Positions 45,972 through 56,774 are shown, counted from the first letter of the stretch. The stretch: 64,000 nt of DNA from Patescibacteria group bacterium (GCA_041671365.1 JBAZBP010000001.1:453518-517517); one strand, 5' to 3'. Made by a program: numbers and translations. The notes: generated by a model from the letters alone, not told the origin.

Positions 45972-47288
45972 CTATGGAGTAAGGCGCTTAACGTCACGCG
46001 GCAGAAAACAAGCTTCCTTAATACTGCCAAGCCCCAGCAGCTTCATAACAATACGCCCCGGCCCCATGCCAATACCACCATGATTCGGACAGCCGAAACG
46101 AAAAAAGTTTAGATAATCTTTAAGTTCTTCTAAATTCATACCCTTTTCAACCGCTTGTTTCTCTAAAATTTCTACCCGATGCTCGCGTTGTGAACCGGTT
46201 GTTATTTCTAAACCACGATATAAAAGATCAAAACTTTTAGTTAAACGAGGGCTATCGGTTTGACGCATGTGATAAAAAGGCCGAGCCTCAACCGGATAAT
46301 CGGTCACAAAAACAAAATCATGTCCGGTTTCCCTCTTAATAATTTCACCAAGCTCCTTCTCTTCCTCGGTCGAAAAATCAAAAATCTTCTCACCTTTAAT
46401 GCCCGCCGCTTGCAGTTTTTCTTTGGCCTCCGCGAAGCTTATCTTAGGAAAAGGTTTAGACGGAACCTCAATGTCGATAGTCAAATCTTCTTTTATTTTT
46501 TGAAAACCGGAAATTAGTAAATCTTCTTCCATCGACATTAGCTCGAAATGTGAATTAATATAAGAAACTTCAAAGTCCCAACCGGTAAACTCGGTCACAT
46601 GTCTGGTGGTAAATGATAATTCCGCTCGAAAAACCGGACCAACCACAAAAACTTTTTCAAAACCGCTAGCCATGGCCATTTGTTTATAAAATTGCGGTGA
46701 CTGAGATAAATAAGCTTTACGATCAAAATATTTAACTTCAAAAACCTCAGAACCGGTTTCCGAAGAAGTGCTCATTAAACAAGGCGTATATATTTGTAAA
46801 AAATTATTACGACGAAAATAATCACGGCAACCTTCCTCGAGCTTGGACCAAACTTTAAAAACTTTCTGATGTTCTTCCTGACGCAAATCTAACCAGCGCC
46901 AATCCAGACGATTATCGAGGTTAGCTTCATTGTCGACGGTAGTAAATACAGGAATAGGTAAATTCTCTTCCGCCAAAGAAATAAGCTTAACTTCTTGAAC
47001 TAATAATTCAAAATCCTTAACCGGATTAGGATCATTTTTTTTGTTTGGTTTTTCTTGCAAAGCACCTTTTATTTCAATCACACTTTCTAATCTTAATTTT
47101 TCTGCCAAATTGTAATTGTCATTATTCCCTTCGGAATTTGAAACAAAAACAGATTGGATTGTCCCGGAAATATCGACTAAATCAACAAAAATTACCCCCT
47201 TATGCGCTCGCAAATTACGAACCCAACCGGCGATTACCACCTCTCCGGTAGCTTGTTTTTTGGCGTCACTGATTAATATTCTTGACAT
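45972..47288 (-). CDS. aspS: aspartyl-tRNA synthetase, archaeal/eukaryal-type (short form)
   Basis: 438 aa; OB domain, class II motifs FRAELSFTTRH and GGIGMGPGR. Lacks the bacterial GAD insertion. Confidence 0.9.
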   Translation of the reverse strand: MSRILISDAKKQATGEVVIAGWVRNLRAHKGVIFVDLVDISGTIQSVFVSNSEGNNDNYNLAEKLRLESVIEIKGALQEKPNKKNDPNPVKDFELLVQEVKLISLAEENLPIPVFTTVDNEANLDNRLDWRWLDLRQEEHQKVFKVWSKLEEGCRDYFRRNNFLQIYTPCLMSTSSETGSEVFEVKYFDRKAYLSQSPQFYKQMAMASGFEKVFVVGPVFRAELSFTTRHVTEFTGWDFEVSYINSHFELMSMEEDLLISGFQKIKEDLTIDIEVPSKPFPKISFAEAKEKLQAAGIKGEKIFDFSTEEEKELGEIIKRETGHDFVFVTDYPVEARPFYHMRQTDSPRLTKSFDLLYRGLEITTGSQREHRVEILEKQAVEKGMNLEELKDYLNFFRFGCPNHGGIGMGPGRIVMKLLGLGSIKEACFLPRDVKRLTP

Positions 47289-47407
47289 AAAACAAAATTA
47301 ATTTTAAACCAACTTTGAGCTTAAAACTTAGTAAAAAATCTAATTAAACTGTCTAAATATTAACTCATTTCTCAGGTTTTAGCAAGAAAATTTATCAATC
47401 AACCAAA

Positions 47408-47435
47408 TAAAAACAGGTCATAAGGGCCTGTTTTT
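47408..47435 (-). terminator. rho-independent terminator (bidirectional geometry)
   Basis: aaaaacagg-tcataagg-gcctgttttt; stem CAGG/CCTG extended, with A/T runs on both sides. Confidence 0.65.
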
Positions 47436-47467
47436 ATACTAGTGACATTAATATTTCTAAAATTCTC

Positions 47468-50239
47468 TTAAAATTCTTTCAAAAATTTCGCTTGTTTTTT
47501 ATTATTAATTATTTCTTGCAATAACTGTTTAGCCAAAGAAGATCTTTTATCCGGTAAATTATCATAAATCGTCTGTTTAAGCGGTATTGCTTCTGCCAGT
47601 TTTGACCCATCTAAGACGTGATTGCCGCTGACAATGGTAAACTTATCATTCTGGCCTGATTCACCGAGATGGTTAAACAACATTTTAAATGACTGGCCGT
47701 CTTCAGTTTTGAAATTATAAGTATTCCCCTGCTTACTCATGATCAAATCTCCTAAATTAAGCGTTTGATTATTTGGTAATTCCTTGAGATTATCAATAGA
47801 ACTAAAAATTTTAGAATTTTTAATTGTTTCTGAAATATTTTGATTTTTTTGATCAAGCAGAGTGTCGGCGATTTTATTGGATTTATCTGTAAAGGCCGCC
47901 TTATCTTTCTCAATAAATTCCTTTTTTAATTCCTCATAATTTGTTTGCTCTTTTTTAATCGGCGCTTCTTGCTCGGGGATATTGTCCTCCTTAGTCCCTG
48001 AAGTTTTAAGATGTTCCAAGTGTCCCGGTTTTAATCCTGTTGCTTCTTCTACCTTAATATGATAATTACCCTTGGCGTCCTGTTCTAAAATGACTTTATT
48101 TCCCTCAAAAACTTTATCATTTATTGTCCCTGAATTATTTAAAGTTTTTCCCGTTTGACTTTGCGCCCAATGCTCTAAGGCTGATTTATCATTTAAATCT
48201 CCTTTATAGCCAAGCTTTTGAGCCTGATCTTTAAAAATTTGTTCCGTCGATCGCCAAACTGAATCATGCTCCCCGGTTTTAAGACCTTTATTGGAAATAT
48301 TATTCTCCCAAACACCAGATTTATGGCTAGGCGACGGAACAACTTCTTGACTGGAACCATCTGGGATGCTATTTGTTTTTGGTGCTAAGGTTGAATCAAC
48401 AACAGTCGCAGTTGAATCTGATTTATTTATATGGTTTAAAGAATCAGCCGGACTTTCTGGATGAACCGCGGTCCCTTTGCCGTGTGGTTGTTCGGAAATT
48501 GTGTCGTGATTTTTAGGAGAAGCTCCGTTTTCATTAAAAAAATGATGGGCCAGACTACGAATTAATTCACCGCCTACTAAGCCAATAACCGCCCCGCCGA
48601 CACGAAGTACTATTTTCATTTCGCGATCATTTTTTTGATAAAATTTATCCACTTGTAATTTTTTTTCAAAAGATTTATTAAGCGCTTCTAAACTAACTCG
48701 GGCTTTTTCATTTTCATAAACATCTGCTCTCTGTTTCAATTTTAAATATTCTTCCGGATTATTCTTCTGAAAATTATGATCTAATAATTTTTTTCTAATT
48801 ATATTATAATTATTTTTGCTATTAGATTCACCTATATATTCCGGAATCGCATCATTTTTTACTACATGATCTCCAATAAGAGCTCCTAAGCGATAACCGG
48901 CATAAGCCGCCATAGCTAGACGAATGCCCGGCACTTCGCGGGCGGCAATTCCCAAACCCACAAACACTGCCGTTGATACTACTTTTTCTCGAGTACTCTT
49001 TCCGGAAACTAGGTCTTCTAATTTTTTCATCTTATCGAAAAGACCTTTTTTATTCATCTTTTCTTCCCGGGCCGCATTTGATTTATCAATATCATCAAGA
49101 CCTTCTACGGCTCTAATAATCTGATCTTTTCGTTCCATAACTTTATCGGGGTCAAGTTGTATCAAACCGCTCCGGCGTTGCTCTTCAATATATTCATCAA
49201 TTAATTTTGTTCGCTCTCCCTTATCATCTAAATTTACTTTACCAATCTCAATTTTTTTCTTTAAACTAATAGCGGCGGCTAGACGATTCTGGATAGCGGC
49301 TTTATCAGTCTCAGTTTTACTCATTTTAATTTCCTTTACCTTAGCGTCCAAGCTTTTCTTTAAACGCTTCTCGGTTACGACTCGATCTAATATTCGAATC
49401 GCGGCAATAAAAGACATGCTCGCGCCAACTCCCAGTCCCAAGGTGGCCACAGTTGAAGTAGTGGCTAAAATATAGCCCACTGATTTGCCAACGGCTAAAC
49501 TGACCCGGCCCCAACGGCTAGAATTTTTGTTTATTTCCTCTTTAGCTTCTGATATTAAATTATTTTCTTCTGTTCGATATATTTCTTTTATCTCTTCCTC
49601 TTTTAAACCGGTTTTAAGGGCTAAATCTTTTAAATTAGCTTCTAAATTATTATCTAATTTTTCCACCACCAAAGAATCGGTTATATTATTCAATTCTTTC
49701 TCTAACTCTAAAGAAACGTTTTCAATCATCTGATATTTACCTTTTTGAATTCCCCCTTTTTCAATCTTTAAATTTTCTAGGTGACGACGATAATTCCATT
49801 CCGGACCAGGTTCTAAATCAGGTTTTACTTCATTTTTCTCTTCTTGATCGTTTAAATCCGCCCCCTCCACTAGCGGTTCTTCTAAATTATCCTCACTGGC
49901 TGCTCCTAAAGCAGACCCCGAGTCAGGTTTGGATTCTGAATTATTAAAATAATTCTGCGTTATCTTATCAAAATCACTCTTATAGTCCAGTTTAAATTCT
50001 TTTTTAAATTGATTTTTTAATGTTTGGATCTTTCTATTAATTTTACTTTTATTATTTTTATTTTTTGACTCGCTCGCCTCGCTTTTAAGGCTTTCGATTT
50101 CATCAAATTTTAACTTAATATTCTGTAAAGCCGATTCGCCTTCAACGTCCCCGTCGGCAGCCTTCTGCTCAAGGGACTCATCGGCATTTGTCGGCTTTTT
50201 TTTGCGAAAAAAATTTGAAAAATTTTCCAAAGCTTTCAT
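47468..50239 (-). CDS. large hypothetical membrane-associated protein (923 aa)
   Basis: K/E-rich coiled regions interrupted by three Gly/Ala-rich hydrophobic segments (e.g. VGYILATTSTVATLGLGVGASMSFIAAI). No recognisable catalytic motif. Confidence 0.6.
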   Translation of the reverse strand: MKALENFSNFFRKKKPTNADESLEQKAADGDVEGESALQNIKLKFDEIESLKSEASESKNKNNKSKINRKIQTLKNQFKKEFKLDYKSDFDKITQNYFNNSESKPDSGSALGAASEDNLEEPLVEGADLNDQEEKNEVKPDLEPGPEWNYRRHLENLKIEKGGIQKGKYQMIENVSLELEKELNNITDSLVVEKLDNNLEANLKDLALKTGLKEEEIKEIYRTEENNLISEAKEEINKNSSRWGRVSLAVGKSVGYILATTSTVATLGLGVGASMSFIAAIRILDRVVTEKRLKKSLDAKVKEIKMSKTETDKAAIQNRLAAAISLKKKIEIGKVNLDDKGERTKLIDEYIEEQRRSGLIQLDPDKVMERKDQIIRAVEGLDDIDKSNAAREEKMNKKGLFDKMKKLEDLVSGKSTREKVVSTAVFVGLGIAAREVPGIRLAMAAYAGYRLGALIGDHVVKNDAIPEYIGESNSKNNYNIIRKKLLDHNFQKNNPEEYLKLKQRADVYENEKARVSLEALNKSFEKKLQVDKFYQKNDREMKIVLRVGGAVIGLVGGELIRSLAHHFFNENGASPKNHDTISEQPHGKGTAVHPESPADSLNHINKSDSTATVVDSTLAPKTNSIPDGSSQEVVPSPSHKSGVWENNISNKGLKTGEHDSVWRSTEQIFKDQAQKLGYKGDLNDKSALEHWAQSQTGKTLNNSGTINDKVFEGNKVILEQDAKGNYHIKVEEATGLKPGHLEHLKTSGTKEDNIPEQEAPIKKEQTNYEELKKEFIEKDKAAFTDKSNKIADTLLDQKNQNISETIKNSKIFSSIDNLKELPNNQTLNLGDLIMSKQGNTYNFKTEDGQSFKMLFNHLGESGQNDKFTIVSGNHVLDGSKLAEAIPLKQTIYDNLPDKRSSLAKQLLQEIINNKKQAKFLKEF

Positions 50240-50248
50240 ATAATTAAA

Positions 50249-50602
50249 TTATTTAGTTAAGCTGGCAACGGCCTCCTTCATAAATTCCTCTAGTCCGACT
50301 TTTACCTTCTCTTTATAGTCGGGAATATACTTATTTAATAAATTCTGCAGCTTTTCCGGATCAGGAATTAAATCGCTCCCCAAAAGTCTAGAATATTCTA
50401 ACTGACCTTCATCGCTGAGATTTTCCATTATGATTAGTCCTAAACGACGATTAATTTGCAGGGCCAAATTTTCTCGAATATAATCTCTATCTTTCTCTGG
50501 TAATTGCGCCAAATGAGCCTGTTCAATTATTAAATTGGCAATTTCTTTTGACTGATCAGAATCATTTAGATTCTCGGCTGTGACCTTTGACATAATAGGC
50601 AT
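50249..50602 (-). CDS. hypothetical small protein
   Basis: 117-aa ORF ending 9 nt upstream of the start of the 923-aa gene. Confidence 0.5.
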   Translation of the reverse strand: MPIMSKVTAENLNDSDQSKEIANLIIEQAHLAQLPEKDRDYIRENLALQINRRLGLIIMENLSDEGQLEYSRLLGSDLIPDPEKLQNLLNKYIPDYKEKVKVGLEEFMKEAVASLTK

Positions 50603-50682
50603 AATATTAGAGTTATTTTACTTATATAAACATTATAACATTTAATTATAAAAAAAAATAAAATTCAAACTAATTTTAGCTC

Positions 50683-51459
50683 CTAAACGCAAAACTTAAC
50701 AAAATTATCAACTAACAACGACAGTTCCTTAATTAACCTCTTATCTACTTTTAATTTCTCCCAAGAATATAAATCATTACTGATTATATAACGTACAATT
50801 TTAACACAATTATCAGAAATAGTCAATACTTTTAATCCCTCACGGTCAGGCTTAATCGATTCCTTGGTAAAACAGGAAGAACACATAATCCCGCCGCTTA
50901 TCAGGTTAAAATAATTCTTTCCCGACTTTATCTTTTCGCCACAAATTAAACATTGAAACATTTCGGGTTGATATCCCAGCTCACTCAAAAATTTAAGAGC
51001 GAAGAAAGAAAATAATAATCCCCCTCTTTCTTTGTTTAAATCAGACACTTCGCCGTCGATAGAAATAGGAGTACTAAAAAAATTATTTAAAACATTCAAC
51101 CAATTAGTTATTAAAAAAAACAAGCGTTCGTCCGCCTGATTCTCTTTAACAAATTTACCAAACAAACCAAGAGCCTGGCCGGCGTAATATAATTTATTTA
51201 AATCGTTTCTAATACTTATATAGGATTCGCGCGTAATGGCACTGCCAATATAATCATAACCTTTACCGCGAATAATCATGATATCTGCCAAAGTCAGAGG
51301 TTCAATGTGCCCGGCTAATTTAGATTGCAGTTTCTGCGTACCGCGAGCCACTAAATTTAATTTACCTAAAGCAGAACTATAAATAGTAACCAAGGAGTCG
51401 TCTTCCCGATAGGCCTGCCGACTTAAAATCAAGGCTAAAGTATTTTTAGTTTCATCCAT
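50683..51459 (-). CDS. recO: DNA repair protein RecO
   Basis: N-terminal OB fold (ILSRQAYREDDSLVTIYS), C-terminal zinc motif CLICGEK...MCSSC. Confidence 0.85.
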   Translation of the reverse strand: MDETKNTLALILSRQAYREDDSLVTIYSSALGKLNLVARGTQKLQSKLAGHIEPLTLADIMIIRGKGYDYIGSAITRESYISIRNDLNKLYYAGQALGLFGKFVKENQADERLFFLITNWLNVLNNFFSTPISIDGEVSDLNKERGGLLFSFFALKFLSELGYQPEMFQCLICGEKIKSGKNYFNLISGGIMCSSCFTKESIKPDREGLKVLTISDNCVKIVRYIISNDLYSWEKLKVDKRLIKELSLLVDNFVKFCV

Positions 51460-51460
51460 A

Positions 51461-51844
51461 TTAGTTTCGATCCAAATAATCTTGTAAAATTATAGACGCG
51501 GCGACCTCATCGCGCTCCGCTTTTTCACTAATTGTTCCCTCTAAGGCGTCGGCCGCCAGACTACTTAAGCGTTCATCAAACAACTCAACGCGTCGGCCGC
51601 TACGCGCTTTTAGCTGATCATAAAAATTAAGCCATAAAGGATTACTAGCTTCGGCTCCACTCATCTTTTGGGGATCGCCTAAAACAACAATATCAATTTC
51701 TTCCTCTTTAATAACATTTAAAACTTCGGCTAAGGTCGCCACTGTCTTAAACGGTAAGGCCAAATTAACTTCGCTGTCAGCTGTCGCCAAACCGATACGT
51801 TTTTCACCCCAATCAATACCGAGATAATTTATAATTTTTTCCAT
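51461..51844 (-). CDS. ruvX: Holliday junction resolvase-like protein YqgF/RuvX
   Basis: YLGIDWGEKRIGLA...ERLSS... is the YqgF pattern. Confidence 0.9.
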   Translation of the reverse strand: MEKIINYLGIDWGEKRIGLATADSEVNLALPFKTVATLAEVLNVIKEEEIDIVVLGDPQKMSGAEASNPLWLNFYDQLKARSGRRVELFDERLSSLAADALEGTISEKAERDEVAASIILQDYLDRN

Positions 51845-51882
51845 ATATTGATTTTTAAATTATACCGCTGTAAATAAATGAT

Positions 51883-52713
51883 CTACTTGGTTAAAACCTC
51901 ACAATCAGAATCGGTAATCGCTATCGTATGTTCAAAATGAGCGCTTAACGATCCATCCTCGGTCAAAACCGTATAATTATTAGCGGCAATTTTAACCGGC
52001 CAATCTCCTAAATTAATCATCGGCTCAATCGCGATAACCATCCCCGGTTTTAAAACAATATTCTCCGGAGATTTTTCTTTAATTTCAAAATTAAAAACAT
52101 CTGGTTTTTCATGAGCCAAATAACCGACTCCATGTCCGACTAAATCACGAACTACGCCATAACCATGGCTTTCCGCCTGATATTGTACGGCCCGAGCAAT
52201 ATCATTAAGAGTTCCGCCCGGTTTGGCCGCTTTAATACCTAAATTCAAACATTCACGAGTGACCTGTAATAATTTCCGGGCCGCGACACTGATTTTACCG
52301 GCGCCGACCGTTATACAAGTATCAGTAAAGAACCCGCCGTGTTTAGAATGGGTGTTAATCGGAGAATTAAATTTAGTTTGCAATTCGGCAGTTGCCGGCC
52401 ACTCCATACCAATATCTAAATCAACGATATCTCCAGACTTGATAAGACGATTAGGCCAAGCCGCGCCATGAACCACCTCGTCGTTAATAGAAATACATAA
52501 AGTCGAAGGAAAAAATATTTTTCCGCCCATCGGATAATTTTTAAAAGCCGAATAACCACCGGTCGCCGTAATTAAATCATTAGCTAAATCCTCTAAAAAT
52601 TCAGTAGACACTCCCGGCTTTACTTCCGCCGCTAAACGCTCTAAAATGGCGGCCAAGCGCCGACCGCCCTCTCTGATTATTCTAATTTCATCCGCCGACT
52701 TTAAATAAATCAT
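51883..52713 (-). CDS. map: type I methionine aminopeptidase
   Basis: Metal ligands in VVHG, DIVDLDIG, GHGVG, IEPM and FEHT contexts. Confidence 0.95.
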   Translation of the reverse strand: MIYLKSADEIRIIREGGRRLAAILERLAAEVKPGVSTEFLEDLANDLITATGGYSAFKNYPMGGKIFFPSTLCISINDEVVHGAAWPNRLIKSGDIVDLDIGMEWPATAELQTKFNSPINTHSKHGGFFTDTCITVGAGKISVAARKLLQVTRECLNLGIKAAKPGGTLNDIARAVQYQAESHGYGVVRDLVGHGVGYLAHEKPDVFNFEIKEKSPENIVLKPGMVIAIEPMINLGDWPVKIAANNYTVLTEDGSLSAHFEHTIAITDSDCEVLTK

Positions 52714-52720
52714 AAAAATC

Positions 52721-53647
52721 TTAATTTAAAACTGTTTTCTCTTTTTGATTAATTGATATCGATAAAACCAAAAAAAGAACCAGCAGACTTATCATGCATA
52801 GCGGCGCTAACCAGAAAGGAAACTCTCGACCGAAACTTTCCAGCATCATTAAGCCGCCCAGCACGCCGATAGCATACATCGCTCCATTTTTTAAATAGGC
52901 AAATTTAGTAATCAAATCAATCCCCCGCACGGTCAACTCTCTGACGACTAATGCTCCCAAGCCGTTACCAATAATAATCAGCGGCACACTAACTGTAAAA
53001 GCAAAGGCGCCGATTACACCATCGATAGAAAATGAAGCGTCTAAAACTTCCAAATACAAAATCTTGCTCCAGGCGCTCATGTGCGGTGATAGTAATTGTT
53101 TTTCTTTTTCTTCGGAATTTTTTTTAAAACCATCGGTAATAAAAAAAGCCGAAACGCCAATCGTCGCCGCCAGAGCTAAAACCGGATTCTGTTTTAAAGA
53201 CAAATAAACGATAGCCGTCGTTAAAATCGAAGCGAAAGCGTAAAACCAAACTCCTTGGCGATGAATGAAGCCTTCAGCTAAAAAAGCATATTTTTTTTCT
53301 TCCAAAAATAACCAGGAGAGAAAAACTAAAAATAAATAAACTCCGCCGCCCAGAAGCAATAGCGGCTTAGACTGAGCGATATAAGCGGTAATTTCTGGAC
53401 TGCCGGAAAAAGTAGAAGTCACAACCTGCAAAACCGATAAATTAGGATTAGCTATCCAAACAATAATAAACGGTAAAACTCCCCGTACCGCAAAAACCGC
53501 GAACAACAAGCCCCAAAATAAAAAAATCTTCCGATATTTTTCAGGCATGGTCCGTAAAATATGGGCATTAACCACGGCATTATCGACGCTACTGATAATT
53601 TCAAACACACCCAAACCAAGTATGACAATAAGTAAATTCCAAAACAT
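52721..53647 (-). CDS. DUF475/TerC-related integral membrane protein
   Basis: Multi-TM protein; the N-terminal EIISSVDNAVVNA motif is characteristic of DUF475. Confidence 0.7.
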   Translation of the reverse strand: MFWNLLIVILGLGVFEIISSVDNAVVNAHILRTMPEKYRKIFLFWGLLFAVFAVRGVLPFIIVWIANPNLSVLQVVTSTFSGSPEITAYIAQSKPLLLLGGGVYLFLVFLSWLFLEEKKYAFLAEGFIHRQGVWFYAFASILTTAIVYLSLKQNPVLALAATIGVSAFFITDGFKKNSEEKEKQLLSPHMSAWSKILYLEVLDASFSIDGVIGAFAFTVSVPLIIIGNGLGALVVRELTVRGIDLITKFAYLKNGAMYAIGVLGGLMMLESFGREFPFWLAPLCMISLLVLFLVLSISINQKEKTVLN

Positions 53648-53655
53648 AAATAAAA

Positions 53656-53961
53656 TTATTTAGAAAGATTAAAATCTCGCCTTATTCCGCCAGAACCGAC
53701 GCTTTTTAGTTTGGCGAAGGAATTCATTTGCATTTGTTTGGCGGCCGATCCCGATCCTAATTTTGACATTCGGTTATAATTAAGCGTCGCTCGAGCCGTA
53801 GCGCCGCGTTGGCCGGCTCGATCAGCCCCGGAATTAATCCTTAATCTAGAGTAGGGCGAACCTGTTTGATTCTGAAGGCTGAGACCATCAAGATCCAGCT
53901 GGTTATTAGGATCACGACTGACTATACTGCGCTTAACCGGCTTAGAGTTAAAACCAAACAT
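53656..53961 (-). CDS. hypothetical small protein, low complexity
   Basis: ORF only; Ser/Gly/Arg-rich. Confidence 0.4.
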   Translation of the reverse strand: MFGFNSKPVKRSIVSRDPNNQLDLDGLSLQNQTGSPYSRLRINSGADRAGQRGATARATLNYNRMSKLGSGSAAKQMQMNSFAKLKSVGSGGIRRDFNLSK

Positions 53962-53972
53962 ATGTTTAAATC

Positions 53973-54269
53973 TTATTGTTTAAAACTATCCAATAATTTA
54001 TTAATTTGTCCTAAATCGGTAGGCGTTAAACCCAGTTTTATCCGATTTTCATAAAGATGATACTTGTCTTCTCTAATGGTTATTAAAGACGGTTTAATGC
54101 CTAAACGAATTTTTTCTTTATATTTATTAACTAATTTTAAAATCACTTCCCGGTTAGATTCATCTAAATTTCTAAATTTTGGATTAGTTTGCATTAATTC
54201 TTCCAAGCGGCGGGCAATTCGATAATTTTCTTGACCGGCTAAGTCCTTGGTTATGTCTTGAAGGTCCAT
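53973..54269 (-). CDS. hypothetical small protein
   Basis: ORF only; sits where adk is usually found after secY. Confidence 0.45.
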   Translation of the reverse strand: MDLQDITKDLAGQENYRIARRLEELMQTNPKFRNLDESNREVILKLVNKYKEKIRLGIKPSLITIREDKYHLYENRIKLGLTPTDLGQINKLLDSFKQ

Positions 54270-54373
54270 ATTATTATAATTAAACTTTAATAAATGATTA
54301 ATTATATTATATCACAAAAAAAGCCGACCATAAAGTCGACTTTCGTGAGTATATATTTATATAAATCTACATA

Positions 54374-55645
54374 TTATAAACCATCATATTCACGCATAGT
54401 CAACTGCGATTCAATTGCTTTGACAGTTTCAATCACCACTGAGACCACGATGAGTAAACTGGTACCGCCGACTGATAAAGCCTGAATACCGGTAAAATAA
54501 CGCATTATTAAAGGTAGAATAGCAATTAAGCCCAGAAACAAGGCTCCGACTAAAATAATTTTATGGGTTGTATCGGCTAAATAATCGCTAGTATTAATTC
54601 CAGGTCGAATGCCGGGAATAAAACCTCCCTGTTTTTGTAAATTTTCAGCGACCTGGGCGGGGTGAAAAATAACTTCGGTATAAAAATAAGTAAAAGCAAA
54701 AACTAGAATAAAATAGGTAGCTCCGTAGAATAACTGATTATTAAAAAGACGAATAGTTCCCTCGGCCGCCCCGGCAATCCAGGCAGTTTTGGCATGAATT
54801 AAAAATTGCGCAATCATCGAGGGAAATAAAACCACCGAAATTGCAAAAATAATCGGAATAACTCCGGCCATGTTAACTCGCAATGGTAAATGAGTACTGG
54901 TTCCGCCGAAGGTGCGATTACCACGAATTTGCCGAGCATATTGGACCGGAATATTACGTTGCCCCTCATTAATAATTACTACCCCAATCACTGTAATCAA
55001 AGCAATAATTACAAAACCAATCAACATAAAAAGCTGGGTTTGATCGAAAGTAACGGCAATTTGTCGAACAATCTGCGGTAAACCAGAAACGATACCGGCA
55101 AATATTAATAAAGAAATACCGTTGCCCACTTTTTTCTCGGTGATTAATTCGCCTAGCCACATCAAAAAAATGGAACCGGCGGTTATCGTTATAATCATCA
55201 CCGTTAAATCAAAATTGCTGATATCACCCAAAATTCCCGAGGAACCGCGACGCAGCAGAGTAATCATTCCGTAGGACTGAAAAAAAGCCAGAGGAACTGT
55301 CGCCCAGCGCGTCCACATGTTAATCTTTTGGCGACCAGACTCCTCTTTCTGCATCTCTTCCACGCTCGGTACAATCATCCCTAAAAGCTGAAAAATAATA
55401 GAAGAAGTAATATAAGGAGCCACGCCCATCATAACGATAGAAAAATTCTCCATACCGCCGCCGGAAAACAGATTCATTAACCCTAAAATTTGATTCGAAG
55501 CAAATAAATTTTTTAAAGCCAGAGCATTTATTCCCGGTACCGGAATGTGGGCCGCTAAACGAAAAATAACCAACATCGCCAAAACGAACAGAATATTATT
55601 GCGTAAATCGCGCGCTTTCCAGATTTGGTTCAATTTGTCTAACAT
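54374..55645 (-). CDS. secY: preprotein translocase subunit SecY
   Basis: 10-TM pattern, conserved LFSGGGMENFSI and GGFIPGIRPG segments; follows rplO. Confidence 0.95.
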   Translation of the reverse strand: MLDKLNQIWKARDLRNNILFVLAMLVIFRLAAHIPVPGINALALKNLFASNQILGLMNLFSGGGMENFSIVMMGVAPYITSSIIFQLLGMIVPSVEEMQKEESGRQKINMWTRWATVPLAFFQSYGMITLLRRGSSGILGDISNFDLTVMIITITAGSIFLMWLGELITEKKVGNGISLLIFAGIVSGLPQIVRQIAVTFDQTQLFMLIGFVIIALITVIGVVIINEGQRNIPVQYARQIRGNRTFGGTSTHLPLRVNMAGVIPIIFAISVVLFPSMIAQFLIHAKTAWIAGAAEGTIRLFNNQLFYGATYFILVFAFTYFYTEVIFHPAQVAENLQKQGGFIPGIRPGINTSDYLADTTHKIILVGALFLGLIAILPLIMRYFTGIQALSVGGTSLLIVVSVVIETVKAIESQLTMREYDGL

Positions 55646-55667
55646 ATTAATAATTTTTTAGAAAAAT

Positions 55668-56081
55668 TTACTTTAATTGTTCGCTCAAACTGGCGCTCAT
55701 CTTAATTTTCTCAAATTTAACTTTAACCGTCAACTTTTCTTTACCTAAAATTTTTACCGGTAAAGAAGACGAAGAAATTAATTTTTTCTCGAACAATACC
55801 AGGGGATTAACAATTTCATTATCCTTAAAATTTTTATTAATCGCTTTAATACTCACTACTTGATTTTTTGGCTGGAGCGATCTAAAACCGCGGGACTTAG
55901 GAATCTGCAATAACTGTTTTTTCATGCCTAAGCGTTTTAAACCGGAGACGCCGGATCGAGATTTTTGACCTTTCTGACCGCGGGTACTATAAGTACCATG
56001 ACCGGAAGCGTTACCTCGTCCGACTCGTTTATTCTTCTTAGCACTACCCTTGGTTTTTTTAATCGTATTAAGTGATAACAT
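55668..56081 (-). CDS. rplO: 50S ribosomal protein L15
   Basis: KRVGRGNASGHGTYSTRGQKGQKSR signature. Confidence 0.95.
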   Translation of the reverse strand: MLSLNTIKKTKGSAKKNKRVGRGNASGHGTYSTRGQKGQKSRSGVSGLKRLGMKKQLLQIPKSRGFRSLQPKNQVVSIKAINKNFKDNEIVNPLVLFEKKLISSSSLPVKILGKEKLTVKVKFEKIKMSASLSEQLK

Positions 56082-56085
56082 ATTT

Positions 56086-56733
56086 TTATTTTTTTAGTTC
56101 AGTAGCCTCCGTTTTTATTTCTTTAGCCTCTCTCCGCTTTAGGCCACGTAAAGCTTCAATCGCGCAACGAGCATTATTAATTTTATTTTTTGAACCCAAA
56201 TTTTTACTGGTAACGTTTTTTACGCCCGCTAATTCTAAAATCACCCGCGTCACTCCGCCGGCAATAACTCCCCGACCCTTTTTCGCCGGTTTCAACATAA
56301 TGCGAGCCGCTCCCATCTTTTTTAAAATAGCGTGAGGAATAGTTTCATTAACCATCGGTACATTAACCATGTCTTTCTTGGCACGATTAACCGCCTTATT
56401 AACAGCCATAGTAACATCCGCTCCTTTACCTAAACCCACACCAACACTACCCTTTCTGTCTCCCAGAGCTACACAAGCACGAAAATTCATTCTTTTGCCA
56501 CCGGCCATAACCCGAGTAACTCGAGCGACTTCAAGAATCCGTTGTTCCATTTCGTCTTTTTGACGATCATCACGTCCGCCGCGTGAACGTCCCCGATTAC
56601 CGCCATCACGACCGCCTTGGCCGCCTTGACCACCACGTTTCTGACCACCATATAAATCCTTAGCGACGGTGCTAGCTGCACCGACATTAGAATCTATCGG
56701 AATATTCGGCTTAATTGTTTTATCTTCGGACAT
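56086..56733 (-). CDS. rpsE: 30S ribosomal protein S5 with a Gly/Arg-rich N-terminal extension
   Basis: VTRVMAGGKRMNFRACVALGD...GRGVIAGG S5 core; an N-terminal GGQGGQGGRDGGNRGRSRGG tract. Confidence 0.95.
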   Translation of the reverse strand: MSEDKTIKPNIPIDSNVGAASTVAKDLYGGQKRGGQGGQGGRDGGNRGRSRGGRDDRQKDEMEQRILEVARVTRVMAGGKRMNFRACVALGDRKGSVGVGLGKGADVTMAVNKAVNRAKKDMVNVPMVNETIPHAILKKMGAARIMLKPAKKGRGVIAGGVTRVILELAGVKNVTSKNLGSKNKINNARCAIEALRGLKRREAKEIKTEATELKK

Positions 56734-56774
56734 ATTTTATCAAAATTATATTTGCCAATTAAAAACTAAAAATA

